Below are positions 1-8,347 of a stretch of DNA of 64,000 bases, in pieces. Source of the stretch: a virus; IMG/VR virus record IMGVR_UViG_3300044844_000428; one strand, 5' to 3'. A program made the translations under genes and the position numbers. The stretch's first letter is position 1, and the number at the start of each line of letters is the position of its first letter. The notes beneath the pieces were generated by a model. That model saw only the letters and a list, made by a program, of their open reading frames with translations. It had not been told where the DNA came from and did no database searches.

Positions 1-140
1 GTGTCAGATACTGTTGCTGTTGATAATAGAGTGTTTTGGATTGTTCTGGTTTTTAGAATATTTCCAGGAGAAAATAAAATATTTTGATTAATACTACTAT
101 AATTTTTTAATACAGATAACGTGTCTTTGCTAAGTTTCAT
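1..140 (-). CDS. gp45: DNA polymerase sliding clamp (T4 gp45-like), 5' part, truncated by window edge
   Basis: Manual translation from ATG at 140: MKLSKDTLSVLKNYSSINQNILFSPGNILKTRTIQNTLLSTATVSDT, the typical gp45 N-terminus. GGAG RBS upstream. Confidence 0.85.
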   Translation of the reverse strand, partial: MKLSKDTLSVLKNYSSINQNILFSPGNILKTRTIQNTLLSTATVSD

Positions 141-166
141 AATAACTCCATAATTAATAAAATGAT

Positions 167-195
167 ATTATATCACAGTTTGCTTAAATTTTAAA
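167..195 (-). promoter_or_regulatory. sigma70/early-type promoter upstream of gp45
   Basis: TTTAAA-17 nt-TATAAT on the minus strand. Confidence 0.55.
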
Positions 196-197
196 CA

Positions 198-602
198 TTA
201 TTCCTTTGAATATTTTACTACATGTTCATAAAGGAACATTAAATTGCAGATAGCATGAGCAATATGATGAAGTTGAGATTCGGAATCTAATTCCTCACCT
301 TCACGATATTCCCATTGGTGTCTTTGCGCAGCATTAAAATATCTGCGTTTAGCATCTGGTACATGAATCCAGTTATCAGGTTCATATTTATGAGCACCAT
401 AAGTCATTACTCTGGCAGTTTCAGTAAGTGCTAATGGTGGAATAAGACCAAACTCTGGTTTACCACCATCAAATTTTCTTCCACCAGTAGTAGCTGTTTG
501 CGATGCTTTTACATCATTTAATTTTGAAACATATTTCTGATCATATTCAAATTGAGTCATTCTTGCTCCTCTGTCATAGTCATCTGAAAATGCTAAACTC
601 AT
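198..602 (-). CDS. dATP/dGTP diphosphohydrolase-domain protein (DUF5664-like)
   Basis: GRKFDGGKPEFGLIPP...VMTYGAHKYEPDNW...RYFNAAQRH...GEELDSESQLHHIAHAICNLMFL. Likely start MSLAFS at 602 after GAGG. Confidence 0.8.
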   Translation of the reverse strand: MSLAFSDDYDRGARMTQFEYDQKYVSKLNDVKASQTATTGGRKFDGGKPEFGLIPPLALTETARVMTYGAHKYEPDNWIHVPDAKRRYFNAAQRHQWEYREGEELDSESQLHHIAHAICNLMFLYEHVVKYSKE

Positions 603-603
603 A

Positions 604-810
604 TCATCTTCCTCGTTGAGGTAGAACCGTATAAGATTTTTCCGGGTCCACGTTGTTAACATTCTTAATTTTCATCCGTTTTGTCTTATATGGCGAAGTC
701 CATTTTGTGCCATCATATGTTGGTGAATATTCAAAACAATTCCATTGTCCATCAGCATCCTTTGCTATATATCGAGCCCAATATGGGTAAATCTCAACGG
801 AAGTTGTCAT
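604..810 (-). CDS. hypothetical phage protein
   Basis: ORF with PYWARYIAKDADGQW motif. Probable start MTTSVE at 810. Confidence 0.55.
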   Translation of the reverse strand: MTTSVEIYPYWARYIAKDADGQWNCFEYSPTYDGTKWTSPYKTKRMKIKNVNNVDPEKSYTVLPQRGR

Positions 811-866
811 CGTAAAATTCCATAATGATAATTGTAAAGATAATAATGGCAGCAATCATCGTAGTA

Positions 867-1313
867 TTAGTAATCATTTTTGTAGTCTCCTAATTCGTAA
901 TCTTCATAAATGTAAAGGCGATATGGAAATTGCACATTACCAGCATTGCAATAATTTCCACTATAGAATCGATCAACAACTCCAGTTACTAATTTGATGC
1001 CATATTCCTGTTCGAATTTTATCTTATCTTCATATAGAACATCGGTAAAGTTACCTTCAATATAAATTGGCAGTTTTGCTTTATAATATGACCAAGCTCC
1101 AAGATATTCATTTGCATGATAGAATTGAAATAAATTAGATTCTTTTACTAGTTCTTCATAATCATTATTGTTCTTAATGGTTAAGGTGTAACCACTTTTA
1201 GGTTCAAGTTCACGATAAGTAGTATTGGACAAAATATTTTTATGTTCAGTAAAATAATTACCACTAAAATAATCCTGAACTTCAATAATTTCTGGAAAGT
1301 TTTCAATTCTCAT
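867..1313 (-). CDS. hypothetical protein
   Basis: 148-aa ORF, start overlaps the upstream stop (TAATG). Confidence 0.65.
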   Translation of the reverse strand: MRIENFPEIIEVQDYFSGNYFTEHKNILSNTTYRELEPKSGYTLTIKNNNDYEELVKESNLFQFYHANEYLGAWSYYKAKLPIYIEGNFTDVLYEDKIKFEQEYGIKLVTGVVDRFYSGNYCNAGNVQFPYRLYIYEDYELGDYKNDY

Positions 1314-1690
1314 TATTCAACTCCTAAATCAACAGTACGAATTTTTCTACAAATGTGGAGTTCTGTCATTGGTCCATAACTAATTCCCATTGTAGATCTT
1401 CCCCATATTTGGTCATATAGGTATTTAGTACTCGACCAATGAGCTCCTAATGAAAATTCTTCTTCTGGAAGAGTGTCAAAAATGAAATCCCATTCTTCAA
1501 TAGTTGGTAAACGATAGTCATAATGACGTTCTTCATCTAATGTTCCTGTTAGTATCAATGGTCTATCAATGCAAGTTTTCCAAGTTTCAGAATATTCAGT
1601 TTCTTTACAAGCAAGAATTATGTGCGATTGTTTGCCATTTGGGTATGAAAATTTTCCGACATATATTTCGTCTTTATAATATGTAGTCAT
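1313..1690 (-). CDS. hypothetical protein with DUF1566/Lcl-like motif
   Basis: YRLPTIEEW...HWSST motif. GAGG RBS before ATG at 1690. Confidence 0.6.
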   Translation of the reverse strand: MTTYYKDEIYVGKFSYPNGKQSHIILACKETEYSETWKTCIDRPLILTGTLDEERHYDYRLPTIEEWDFIFDTLPEEEFSLGAHWSSTKYLYDQIWGRSTMGISYGPMTELHICRKIRTVDLGVE

Positions 1691-1727
1691 GATGTAGTTC
1701 CTCTTCAAGTTTATTTAGTATGAGTCT

Positions 1728-1756
1728 ATTATATACATGTTCCGTGAATATGTACA
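1728..1756 (-). promoter_or_regulatory. early-type promoter
   Basis: TGTACA-17-TATAAT followed by AGACTCATA, the same leader as the 3737 promoter. Confidence 0.7.
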
Positions 1757-1758
1757 CT

Positions 1759-2049
1759 TTATTTTTCAGTTTGTCCGGTTATTTTTAGCCATAGATTATG
1801 AACATAGATTGATGAAACTAATCCTAAAGCACCTCCAATGATATAACATGCGGATTCTGCTAGTCCAGCATTTGGTGTTGCTTTGTATAAGAATAATTGT
1901 AAAGAACCTACCATTAATGCGGTGCAGAATGACGGTAGTACTTCCTTATTTTTGACTAATTGTGATTGAACTCCTAATAACATTATTATGAAAAACGATG
2001 AGAAGAAGAGTGTAACCATTGAAACTATTTGATCTGAAATGCACAACAT
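1759..2049 (-). CDS. small membrane protein
   Basis: 96 aa with three hydrophobic segments. Confidence 0.6.
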   Translation of the reverse strand: MLCISDQIVSMVTLFFSSFFIIMLLGVQSQLVKNKEVLPSFCTALMVGSLQLFLYKATPNAGLAESACYIIGGALGLVSSIYVHNLWLKITGQTEK

Positions 2050-2057
2050 ATATGTCC

Positions 2058-2453
2058 TTAAATCTTTTTTCCAATAGTTTTAGCATCTGTTTCATCAGTG
2101 ATATACTGATAACTTCCCTTATTATATGCTATTCCTATTCTTTTGGAATTACGAATAATTTTTTCTGCAGTATCACCCGTAATTTTTCCTTGTGTTACTT
2201 TTTCTACCATTGAATTTTTACCTAGACTAGCTTTAGAATTTCCTATCAATGATGGTATATTATCTTTAGTTGCCCAACAAGGTCTTCCAACTATTATTGC
2301 TTTGTTAGATGCTTTAGGTTTAGGAGTTTTACCAAAAACCCAATTAGTATATTCGTCAAACGTCATTTTCAATTTTGGTTGGCCTCTGTATTGTTTATTA
2401 AAGTCCATCCAATCCTGTTTTAATTTGGCTTCTTTTGATAATTTCTTATTCAT
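2058..2453 (-). CDS. T4-like phage hypothetical protein
   Basis: Basic ORF ending IGIAYNKGSYQYIT. Likely start MNKKLS at 2453. Confidence 0.65.
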   Translation of the reverse strand: MNKKLSKEAKLKQDWMDFNKQYRGQPKLKMTFDEYTNWVFGKTPKPKASNKAIIVGRPCWATKDNIPSLIGNSKASLGKNSMVEKVTQGKITGDTAEKIIRNSKRIGIAYNKGSYQYITDETDAKTIGKKI

Positions 2454-2483
2454 TATAATTCCCATTTGAGTTAGTATGGTATC

Positions 2484-2511
2484 ATTATACACTAATTTTC
2501 CAGATTGTACA
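2484..2511 (-). promoter_or_regulatory. early-type promoter
   Basis: TGTACA-16-TATAAT, directly downstream of the tRNA-cluster terminator. Confidence 0.5.
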
Positions 2512-2512
2512 C

Positions 2513-2540
2513 AAAAAAAAGCTCAATATTTAATTGAGCT
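2513..2540 (-). terminator. intrinsic terminator closing the tRNA cluster
   Basis: AGCTCAAT-loop-ATTGAGCT followed by a T-tract on the minus strand. Confidence 0.8.
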
Positions 2541-2566
2541 ATAGTGTGTCACCTTAGGAGAGTGAT

Positions 2567-2640
2567 TGGAGCGGGATAAGGGAATCAAACCCTTACTAGG
2601 AGATTGGAAATCTGCTGTTCTATCATTAAACTAATCCCGC
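2567..2640 (-). tRNA. tRNA-Gly(TCC)
   Basis: Cloverleaf GCGGGAT...ATCCCGC-T-CCA, anticodon loop TT-TCC-AA. Confidence 0.9.
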
Positions 2641-2698
2641 AATATAAAGGGCGTATTCTGTTTTTAACGTGGGCCACGCCTAGCACCATTTCTACATT

Positions 2699-2774
2699 TG
2701 GAGCCACTGAAAGGAATCGAACCCTCAACCCCCTGATTACAAGTCAGGTGCTCTACCAATTGAGCTACAGTGGC
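2699..2774 (-). tRNA. tRNA-Thr(TGT)
   Basis: GCCACTG...CT-TGT-AA...GTTCGATT...CAGTGGC-T-CCA. Confidence 0.95.
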
Positions 2775-2791
2775 ATTTAAAATTTATTAGG

Positions 2792-2865
2792 GGTGACTAG
2801 TGGGACTTGAACCCACAAAATCTCGAATCACAATCGAGGACGTCTACCAATTCCGTCATAGTCAC
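2792..2865 (-). tRNA. tRNA-His(GTG), no encoded CCA or G-1
   Basis: GTGACTA...TT-GTG-AT...GTTCAAGT...TAGTCAC-C followed by CCT. Confidence 0.85.
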
Positions 2866-2886
2866 ACCTAATAAATCTTTGTAAAG

Positions 2887-2970
2887 TGGTGGAGATCCCT
2901 GGATTCGAACCAGGTGCCCTTTGGGCACGGGTTTACAGCCCGCTGCAGTCGCCTATGCCGCTCGACCTCC
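2887..2970 (-). tRNA. tRNA-Tyr(GTA)
   Basis: Anticodon loop CT-GTA-AA, long variable arm, ends ACCA. Confidence 0.92.
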
Positions 2971-2989
2971 ATTATTTCGTATTTATAAT

Positions 2990-3064
2990 TGGACTCCATG
3001 ATCGGATTTGAACCGATACCACAAGGTTTTGCAGACCTGCACACTACCATTATGCTACATGGAG
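2990..3064 (-). tRNA. tRNA-Cys(GCA)
   Basis: CTCCATG...CT-GCA-AA...GTTCAAAT...CATGGAG-T-CCA, U73 discriminator. Confidence 0.92.
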
Positions 3065-3074
3065 AAATTATAAT

Positions 3075-3203
3075 GTGCTTGTCTTTCCAAGCTGTCACCA
3101 GTCCACTCATTGTGCACAAGCTGGTTTGGTGCACTCCTATCTTATTTAATTCCCGATAGGCTAAGGAGAAACAAGAACCCCGACCCTTACGGTTAGGCTT
3201 GTA
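3075..3203 (-). ncRNA. candidate structured ncRNA between tRNA-Ile2 and tRNA-Cys
   Basis: GC-rich spacer with hairpins CC-GTAA-GG, CCTATC/GATAGG, GTGCAC/GTGCAC and GCTTG-GAAAGA-CAAGC, plus a possible ACCAG/CTGGT pseudoknot. Confidence 0.5.
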
Positions 3204-3205
3204 TT

Positions 3206-3281
3206 TGGTGCCCCCACCAGGACTTGAACCTGGAACCTACCGATTATGAGTCGGGTGCTCTACCAATTGAGCTAAAGGGGC
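3206..3281 (-). tRNA. tRNA-Ile2(CAT), lysidine type (alternatively Met)
   Basis: GCCCCTT...CGA-CT-CAT-AA-TCG...GGGGGC-A-CCA. The body resembles bacterial ileX-type tRNAs. Confidence 0.85.
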
Positions 3282-3288
3282 GTGTTAA

Positions 3289-3480
3289 TTATACAAATTT
3301 TAATTTATAGTCCAAAGTTTTCATTGCTTTTTTAGCGTGTTTCATTGCTTCAGTTTTTGTTCTTCCATTAAAAAACGATATTTTCATGGAGTAACCATCA
3401 TCAGTAGGAACGTATACCTTAACAACGAAAAAGCTTTTTGGCAATTTTGTTTCAGAAACTTCAGCTTTTATACTTTTCAT
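3289..3480 (-). CDS. small basic early protein (paralog B)
   Basis: 63 aa, shares KVYxP...FNGxTKTEA...K.KF with the upstream ORF. Confidence 0.7.
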   Translation of the reverse strand: MKSIKAEVSETKLPKSFFVVKVYVPTDDGYSMKISFFNGRTKTEAMKHAKKAMKTLDYKLKFV

Positions 3481-3498
3481 ATGTATTTACTCAATTCT

Positions 3499-3699
3499 CT
3501 AAATAAATTTTATCTTGAAGCCTTTAACTTTTAAAGTATTTCTTGCCTTTTGTTTTGCTTCAGTTTTGGTATTACCATTGAAGTACATCTTATCCATTGA
3601 GATACAACCTTCGATTGGAATATAAACTTTTGCAGTGAACGATTTACCCATATAACTTTTTACTTCTAAAACTTCAGCTTCTACAGTTTGGGTTTTCAT
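3499..3699 (-). CDS. small basic early protein (paralog A)
   Basis: 66 aa, GAGG RBS, first gene after the early promoter. Confidence 0.75.
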   Translation of the reverse strand: MKTQTVEAEVLEVKSYMGKSFTAKVYIPIEGCISMDKMYFNGNTKTEAKQKARNTLKVKGFKIKFI

Positions 3700-3736
3700 A
3701 ATTTAATTCCTCATCAATGTTATTTAATATGAGTCT

Positions 3737-3765
3737 ATTATACTATATCATTGTTGCAAAGTAAA
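3737..3765 (-). promoter_or_regulatory. early-type promoter, probably also driving the tRNA cluster
   Basis: (G)TTTACT-17-TATAAT-AGACTCATA. Confidence 0.75.
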
Positions 3766-3774
3766 CATTTATTT

Positions 3775-5487
3775 TCAAATAATTACACTAAAATCATTTC
3801 TTTTTTCTACCGTTAATACTCTGTCAAATTTATCCACTATTTGATCTATATTGTGGCTAATAACGAACACATTACAAATATCACCAAGTTGAGTCAATAA
3901 ATTTATAATGAAATCTGTACCATTAACATCAAGACTACCATCTAATACCTCATCCAGTAATAATAGATTAGTATTTGCAGAGTTCTTAAGTTTTGCTATT
4001 TCTCTCCATGCAAACAGTAATGCCAAATCTATGCGATTCTTTTCACCTTCAGAAAAGCTAGAATATGTAAAATCGTCGCGGTGTCTGGATTTTATAGTTT
4101 CTGAGAATGTTTCATCAAGTTCAAATTTAACATAAAAATCCATTGCAGAAAGGTACTTATTTATTAGTGTATTCATTACTGGTAAGTATTCACGAATAAC
4201 TGCAGATTTTATACCAGTATCTTTTAAAAGAATTGATGATATGTCTTCAATATTTCTTCTTTCTTGTAGAGAAGTTTTTTGTTTAACATTTTCCATAGCA
4301 ATGTTTGCTAATTCTTTTAATTTTAATTTCTCTTTATCTATATCACCCTTGTCTAATTGGAGGTTATCAATGTCAGATTGTAGTGATCTGTTTTGAGAAG
4401 TTAATATTTCTAATTTTGAATTGTAAGTATATATTTCATTTCTCAATTGACGAATTTTATTATCTATTTGCTCTATTTCTTTTTGTCTTTGAACATAACT
4501 AGTAATCTCTGAAGTTATGCTTTCAATTTCTGATTTGTTCATTTCATATTCTAAGACTAGATTGTCCTTTATGGAAAATTTATGTTCATGAGGGATTTCT
4601 TGTGAACACTGAGGACAGTTTTCATTATTGTCAAAGAATTTTATAGTCTTATCCAATAGATCATTATTATGAGTATGAGTTCTTAATAAAGATTTAGCAT
4701 GTGATATGACTTCAGTGAGTGTATTTGCATCGGATATGCTCATTACTAATGAATCAACTTCAGATTCAATTTTTGATATAGATTCATTAGTATCGTTAAT
4801 CTCAGTAATATTACTATCTATTCTTGTTCTGATACTATCAACATGTTTATTTTTGCTAGTTTCTAAATTCTTTATTATGGACTTTTGGCTTTCAATTTCA
4901 GACTTTGATCTATTAATAGTATTGTCTACTAATTCCAATTCTCTTTTAGTGGTTTGGATCTTTTCTTTTAGTAGAGAATTCATAGTACTAAAAATACGGA
5001 TGTCAAGAATATCTTCTATGACTTCTCTTCTGTTCCCTGTTGATAATTGCATGAAAGGAACGAATGATGATGAACCAAGGATTACCACTTGAGTGAATGC
5101 TCGATAATTCATTTTAAGAATTTGTTGTTCAAGGATTAGTTGATAATCTTTTAATGCCGCATCTTGTGTTAATAATTCTTCATTTTTGTATATTTCAAAA
5201 ATGTTTGGTTTTATTCCACGAATTACTTTGTAAGAACTTCCATTGGTATCAAATTCTACTGAAACTTTAGTATTTTTTCCATTGATAGAATTTATCAATT
5301 GGTTCTTACTGATGCTTCTGAATGATTTCCCGAATAACACGAAAGTTAATGCATCAAGAACTGTTGATTTTCCATTACCATTTTTTCCTATAATAAGAGT
5401 AGTGTTATGACTATCTAATTGGATTCTGTTAGGAACATTACCGGTAGATAATAAATTTGACCATTCTATTGACTTGAACTGTATCAT
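3775..5487 (-). CDS. gp46: recombination endonuclease subunit, Rad50/SbcC-like
   Basis: Walker A GKNGNGKST, CPQC zinc hook, FSEGEK signature, LLLLDE Walker B, VISH. Confidence 0.97.
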   Translation of the reverse strand: MIQFKSIEWSNLLSTGNVPNRIQLDSHNTTLIIGKNGNGKSTVLDALTFVLFGKSFRSISKNQLINSINGKNTKVSVEFDTNGSSYKVIRGIKPNIFEIYKNEELLTQDAALKDYQLILEQQILKMNYRAFTQVVILGSSSFVPFMQLSTGNRREVIEDILDIRIFSTMNSLLKEKIQTTKRELELVDNTINRSKSEIESQKSIIKNLETSKNKHVDSIRTRIDSNITEINDTNESISKIESEVDSLVMSISDANTLTEVISHAKSLLRTHTHNNDLLDKTIKFFDNNENCPQCSQEIPHEHKFSIKDNLVLEYEMNKSEIESITSEITSYVQRQKEIEQIDNKIRQLRNEIYTYNSKLEILTSQNRSLQSDIDNLQLDKGDIDKEKLKLKELANIAMENVKQKTSLQERRNIEDISSILLKDTGIKSAVIREYLPVMNTLINKYLSAMDFYVKFELDETFSETIKSRHRDDFTYSSFSEGEKNRIDLALLFAWREIAKLKNSANTNLLLLDEVLDGSLDVNGTDFIINLLTQLGDICNVFVISHNIDQIVDKFDRVLTVEKRNDFSVII

Positions 5488-6545
5488 AATGACTCCTGAG
5501 CTTCCAAATATAATGTTCTAAGAAATAGTTTAATATCAGACTTGTTAGATTCATCGGCAATAGAATCAATATAATTTTCTAATACATCAAGAGTATTTTC
5601 TATATTGATGGATTCTGAATCAATATCTCCTTCAGAGAAATCTGAAAGGTCTTCCAGTATTTTTAGTTCGTGAATATTAGAGTCATATAACTTGTTAATA
5701 AATTGGTCAAATTTATAAAAGTCAGTTTTCTTTACTACTATGATTTTGATATACTTTTGACGAAACTGTTCAATATCAATCTTACCATAGTCTATCAATT
5801 CATCATTGTATTCATGGCGTAGGAACATAGTATATGGGTTCTCGATGAATTCAATTTGTCTAGTTACTGTATCAAATACATGGAACCCCTTTTGGTCGTT
5901 CAAGTCGGCATAGGTGTTTTCGTATGGAGTTCCAACATAAAGAATATTATCTTTATCAGACCTTGTATGAAAGTGTCCAGATAATACCTTTTCATACTTT
6001 GCAAATATATTAGTACGTATTCCATCGTGAGATTCCATACCTTTCTGCATTGAGAATCCTTGAATTTCAAAATGACCAAAGCATAAATCTGAGTTACTAT
6101 TAAGCATAAACTCAAATGTATCTAACTCATTATCTTTACATATCCAAGGTATAACATCAATGGTCGTATCATCAAACATAACCTTAGTAGGTTTGTCATA
6201 CATATGAACATTATCAAATTCACCAAGCAACAATCCCGTTGAGTTTATTGATAAGGATTCTCTGTAATACAAATCGTGGTTGCCGAGAAGGGTATGGAAA
6301 GCAATTCCTGCTTCCTGCAACGGTTTGAATAAAAACCTCTTACTCTCGGCCAATGAAAGAAAATCTATAGAACGTCTCTTGTCAAAAAGGTCTCCTAGTT
6401 GGAATACAGTTTTGATGTCATTATCCGCTAGATATGGCATAAATACGTTAGTATAAAATTTATCAAAATACGAGATAAATTTAGGATTCGCATTACGAAT
6501 TCCGAGGTGGCTATCGCCGAGTATACAGATTTTAATTGGATTCAC
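5484..6545 (-). CDS. gp47: recombination endonuclease subunit, Mre11/SbcD-like
   Basis: GDSHLG, GDLFD, GNHD and SGHFH phosphoesterase motifs. Adjacent to gp46. Confidence 0.97.
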   Translation of the reverse strand: MNPIKICILGDSHLGIRNANPKFISYFDKFYTNVFMPYLADNDIKTVFQLGDLFDKRRSIDFLSLAESKRFLFKPLQEAGIAFHTLLGNHDLYYRESLSINSTGLLLGEFDNVHMYDKPTKVMFDDTTIDVIPWICKDNELDTFEFMLNSNSDLCFGHFEIQGFSMQKGMESHDGIRTNIFAKYEKVLSGHFHTRSDKDNILYVGTPYENTYADLNDQKGFHVFDTVTRQIEFIENPYTMFLRHEYNDELIDYGKIDIEQFRQKYIKIIVVKKTDFYKFDQFINKLYDSNIHELKILEDLSDFSEGDIDSESINIENTLDVLENYIDSIADESNKSDIKLFLRTLYLEAQESL

Positions 6546-6570
6546 CTTTATGATTTATGTTACTTTACTT

Positions 6571-6599
6571 ATTATACTATAGAGTTATCTAAAAGTAAA
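6571..6599 (-). promoter_or_regulatory. early/middle-type promoter for gp47-gp46
   Basis: TTTACT-17-TATAAT. Confidence 0.65.
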
Positions 6600-6618
6600 T
6601 AGCAGAGATTTCAATTAT

Positions 6619-6626
6619 TATAAATA
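6619..6626 (+). promoter_or_regulatory. T4-type late promoter for the endonuclease gene
   Basis: TATAAATA about 60 nt upstream of the ATG. Confidence 0.7.
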
Positions 6627-6685
6627 GTTATAGGTCACGATACTAGACATATCTACCTATTCTAAAACTTTCAAGGAGTATCAGC

Positions 6686-7480
6686 ATGAATATTTATACC
6701 TCAATAATTCCAACTCGTCTTTATATTAAGCAACATTCAATAACCAAAAAGAAATATTTTGGCAAGACTACTAGAGACCCATACAAATATAATGGTTCTG
6801 GCGAATATTGGTCCAAACATATCAAGAAGCATGGCAAAAGATTTGTAGAAACTATCTGGATATCAGATTTGTATTATGATACATCTATCTCGGACTATGC
6901 TCTTCATTTCTCAGTCGAAAATGATATAGTTAATTCTAAAGAATGGGCTAATCAAAAACCAGAAAATGGGTTAGATGGGGGTGCTATGTCTAAAGATTCA
7001 GCAGCAAAATTATCGACATCTTGGGCAAATAAATTAGAGGCAGAAAAACATATTATTATATCAAAACGTATATCCACTAGAAACGCTAAATCGGAAGAGG
7101 AATTATTAGCATCAAATATGTTGATGAAACTAAGCATAGCCTCCAGAACTCCTGAGCAAGAACAAACTAGAAAATTGAAAGAAAAAATTACCAAGGATTC
7201 TAAGTCTATAGAAGAAAAACAAGCATCATTACAAAAACAAGTAGATTCTTATAATTCTAGAACGATAGAACAAAAACTAGAAACTAAAATAAAGAAACAA
7301 CATAAACGAGACAATAAATCTTCTCAAGAACTGAAAGAAATAGAATTAAAAAAGAAAGAAACTAGAAAGAAAAACGGAACTGGAGGTAAAATTCCGTTCC
7401 TTTCTATGATCCATAATAAAAAAACCTACGATAAAGGAAATTTATCAAAATGGTATCCAGAATTCAAACAGTTCTATTGA
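6686..7480 (+). mobile_element. free-standing GIY-YIG (Seg-like) homing endonuclease
   Basis: LYIKQHSITKKKYFGKTTRDPYKYNGSG catalytic N-terminus and a K/E-rich repeat C-terminus. Inserted on the opposite strand between gp47 and gp55. Confidence 0.85.
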
Positions 7481-7489
7481 ATGCAATCT

Positions 7490-8032
7490 TCATACTAATT
7501 CTCCGTATAATGAATCAAGAGTAGAAGTGCTTAATAATTTCTCTTTTAATACTTTATCTTTTTTTAATACTTCTGGCTGTTCAACATTAGAAAATTGTTG
7601 TAAGAATTCTCTGTAAGAATTCACAAATTCTACGTCGTCATCATGCCCCTGCAGATCTAAGACTTTATTTCCAACAGATTGTATAATTTTGTGTTTAAGA
7701 AGAAATTGATGTTTTTCTTTTGCAATTCTTCTAAGATAAGCAAAATAGACTATTTGAGTAAAGTATGCAAATGGATTAGAATATTTTTCGTGATCGAATT
7801 TATCAAAGTATAGTATGCAGTTTTCAATAGCATCAGAAATCATTTCGTCTTTGAATGAATAACCATTAAAATTGCCTTTTGCTGCTAATTTTGAGGCGAT
7901 TAGTAAGATACATTCACCAAGGTATTCAGTAATGACTGGTTTAGGAAGACCCTGTTCCTCTGATAATTTTAATAGTTGTTTTCTTTCTACAATAGCTTCA
8001 TAGAAGGCTTTGTTGTCTATATAATCTGCCAT
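7490..8032 (-). CDS. gp55: late-transcription sigma factor
   Basis: YIDNKAF...NFNGYSFKDEMISDAIENC...NPFAYFTQIVYFAYLRRI. Start MADY at 8032. Confidence 0.95.
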   Translation of the reverse strand: MADYIDNKAFYEAIVERKQLLKLSEEQGLPKPVITEYLGECILLIASKLAAKGNFNGYSFKDEMISDAIENCILYFDKFDHEKYSNPFAYFTQIVYFAYLRRIAKEKHQFLLKHKIIQSVGNKVLDLQGHDDDVEFVNSYREFLQQFSNVEQPEVLKKDKVLKEKLLSTSTLDSLYGELV

Positions 8033-8062
8033 GATATAACTCCAATTAGTTTTGTATTCTTT

Positions 8063-8091
8063 ATTATATAATGCAAACACACATTTGTAAA
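8063..8091 (-). promoter_or_regulatory. early/middle-type promoter for gp55
   Basis: (G)TTTACA-17-TATAAT. Confidence 0.7.
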
Positions 8092-8318
8092 CATTATGAT
8101 TTTCGTAAGATAGTCAGAACCGTGTGTTTTTCATGAAATTACTAGTAATAGAATCATTGACTTAGGGACTAGTTTTTCATGATTTTCTTGAAGATGATGG
8201 AATATATGTCTTATTTTTAAAAAAGCTTGTCTGGTTGACCCGTTCTGAATAAATCCATTACATATCATTAACTTATATTAAAGTTACCATTTTCATTAAA
8301 AATAATTATTTCATAATG

Positions 8319-8347
8319 TTTACTTTTGACCAGAAGTGATGTATAAT
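8319..8347 (+). promoter_or_regulatory. orphan early-type promoter convergent with uvsW
   Basis: (G)TTTACT-17-TATAAT with no credible plus-strand gene downstream. Confidence 0.6.

Noticed and set aside
2645-2698. GC-rich spacer after tRNA-Thr (GGCGT...CCCACG...CAGAAT-ACGCC) as a theta/HDV-like or pistol ribozyme
   Set aside because: Only one outer stem and an alternative CGTGG/CCACG pairing are visible. I could not build P1/P3 or the pseudoknot. It may still be a small structured element.
2868-3134. 88-aa ORF in the ORF track
   Set aside because: It overlaps tRNA-Tyr, tRNA-Cys and the structured spacer, so it is spurious.
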